NCBI GenBank assembly: GCA_036004525.1
Contig: DASYRJ010000033.1
Location: 6,266-70,265, forward strand
Reading direction: 5' to 3'
DNA length: 64,000 bases
Origin: Gemmatimonadales bacterium
GTDB lineage: Bacteria; Gemmatimonadota; Gemmatimonadetes; Gemmatimonadales; GWC2-71-9
In this document: one piece after another, positions 62,889 to 64,000 of the stretch
How the letters are laid out: every line of letters begins with the position of its first letter
How positions within the stretch are numbered: position 1 is the stretch's first letter
Notes under the pieces: model-generated
What the model saw: the letters and a program-made list of their open reading frames with translations, nothing else
The model's database searches: none
Told to the model about the DNA's origin: nothing
Translations under genes and position numbers: made by a program

Positions 62889-63470
62889 ATGACCCCGCCT
62901 GTACCCGACGCGCCACATATGATCGACCGGCGCGAGGCGCTGCGGCGCGCCACCCTCATCTTGGGCGGCGTGCTCTCGGCGCCCCTGGCTGCCGGTGTCC
63001 TCGCCGGCTGCGAGGCGCGCCGCGCCCCGGCTGGAGCGTGGCAGCCCCGCGCGCTTACCGCGGACCAGGCGGAGCTGGTCGCGACGATCGCCGAGCACAT
63101 CCTGCCCGAGACCGACACGCCGGGGGCCCGCGCCGTCGGAGTGCACCGCTTCATCGACGCGATGCTCGCCGAGGCGTACCCGGCCGAGGAGCGACGGCGC
63201 TTCCTGGCCGGGCTCGAGGGACTGGACGACCAGGCGCGCCGCGCGCACGGTCGTGCTTTCGCCGCGTGTGCGGGGCAGGAGCAGTTCGCCCTACTCGACG
63301 TGCTGGACCGGGAGGCGCAGCCCTTCGTTCGTACCGTGAAGGAGCTGACGCTCATCGGCTACTACACCTCGGAGGCGGGCGCCACGCGCGAGCTGCGGCA
63401 CGTCCCGGTCCCGGGCCGTTTCGAGGGATGCGTCCCCCTGACCCAGATCGGCCGGGCGTGGGCGGTGTGA
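62889..63470 (+). CDS. Gluconate 2-dehydrogenase subunit 3 family protein (Tat signal)
   Basis: IDRREALRRATLILGG, LPETDTPGA, LIGYYTSE. It lies directly upstream of a GMC oxidoreductase. Confidence 0.65.
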   Translation: MTPPVPDAPHMIDRREALRRATLILGGVLSAPLAAGVLAGCEARRAPAGAWQPRALTADQAELVATIAEHILPETDTPGARAVGVHRFIDAMLAEAYPAEERRRFLAGLEGLDDQARRAHGRAFAACAGQEQFALLDVLDREAQPFVRTVKELTLIGYYTSEAGATRELRHVPVPGRFEGCVPLTQIGRAWAV

Positions 63471-64000
63471 ACGAACCGTACGACGCCATCGTCATCGGCT
63501 CCGGCATCACCGGCGGCTGGGCCGCCAAGGAGCTGTGCGAGCAGGGGCTGGGGACCCTCGTGCTCGAGCGCGGGCGGCACGTGGAGCACGGCAAGGACTA
63601 CGTCACCGAGTGGTGGCAGCCCTGGCAATTCGCCCACCGCGGCCGCGGCGAGCCGGAGCTGTACGAGCGCGACTACCCGATCCAGAGCAAGAACTACGCG
63701 TTCGGCGAGGCGACCCGGCACTTCTTCGTGAGCGACCGGGAGCACCCCTACGTCACGCCGGAGGACAAGCCGTTCCGCTGGATTCGCGGCTATCAGCTCG
63801 GCGGGCGCAGCCTCATCTGGGGCCGGGCCTCGTGGCGTTGGAGCGACCTCGACTTCGAGGCCAATCTGCGCGACGGGCACGGCGTCGATTGGCCCATCCG
63901 GTACCGGGACCTCGCGCCCTGGTACGCGTACGTGGAGCGGTTCGTCGGCGTGAGCGGCGAGCGGCTCGGCCTGCCGCATCTCCCCGACGGCGAGCTCCTG
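63467..64000 (+). CDS. GMC family FAD-dependent oxidoreductase, N-terminal part (3' end lies outside the window)
   Basis: This ORF is not in the track because it has no stop in the window. GTGA overlap with the upstream stop. My translation reads VNEPYDAIVIGSGITGGWAAKELCEQGLGTLVLERG.. and WIRGYQLGGRSLIWG. Confidence 0.75.
   Translation, partial: MNEPYDAIVIGSGITGGWAAKELCEQGLGTLVLERGRHVEHGKDYVTEWWQPWQFAHRGRGEPELYERDYPIQSKNYAFGEATRHFFVSDREHPYVTPEDKPFRWIRGYQLGGRSLIWGRASWRWSDLDFEANLRDGHGVDWPIRYRDLAPWYAYVERFVGVSGERLGLPHLPDGELL

Overview
This is a 64-kb window from a very high-GC (~70%) bacterial chromosome. The gene content includes SusC/SusD pairs, MglA/MglB, a GWxTD-type protein, and many Gfo/Idh/MocA, DUF1080 and TIM-barrel genes. 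That mix suggests Gemmatimonadota or a related FCB-group lineage, but this is inference only because no searches could be run. All calls come from reading the translated ORFs and the DNA by eye. I support about 60 protein genes, one tRNA-Asn and a probable SRP (4.5S) RNA. I recognised no rRNA, CRISPR array, transposase or integrase.

Layout:
- 1-2.1 kb: sugar-oxidoreductase genes.
- 2.1-7.6 kb (minus strand): a Ser/Thr-kinase, PP2C and FHA signalling operon. It ends in an OsmC-like gene whose catalytic Cys codon is an in-frame TGA.
- 7.8-10.1 kb: a GWxTD-like gene broken at a G13 tract.
- 10.2-22.3 kb: a second kinase, gamma-carbonic-anhydrase-like gene, nrdJ, two paralogous Zn-ribbon small genes around a MOSC gene, MarR, pyk, an MBL hydrolase, a class II aldolase, YtxH and YihY.
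- 22.4-27.8 kb: a tandemly duplicated two-gene cassette. Each copy has a membrane-anchored JAMM/MPN+ protein and a translationally coupled secreted Ig-repeat protein. This is the best candidate for an undescribed system.
- 27.9-36.5 kb: ffs-dnaX-ybaB-recR-mglB-mglA-pgsA-cinA-hydrolase-grpE-dnaJ.
- 36.5-40.3 kb: qor, an epimerase-GNAT fusion, tRNA-Asn and a GH27 alpha-galactosidase.
- 40.5-47 kb: SusC/SusD plus two plug-only lipoproteins and a small beta-barrel.
- 47-61.4 kb (minus strand): a 10-gene translationally coupled SusC/SusD, oxidoreductase and uronate operon. Three of its genes carry in-frame copies of one GC-rich palindromic repeat.
- 61.6-64 kb: an alginate-lyase-like gene and a GMC oxidoreductase pair.

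Most long ORFs in the six-frame track that lie antisense or out of frame to these genes are high-GC artefacts.
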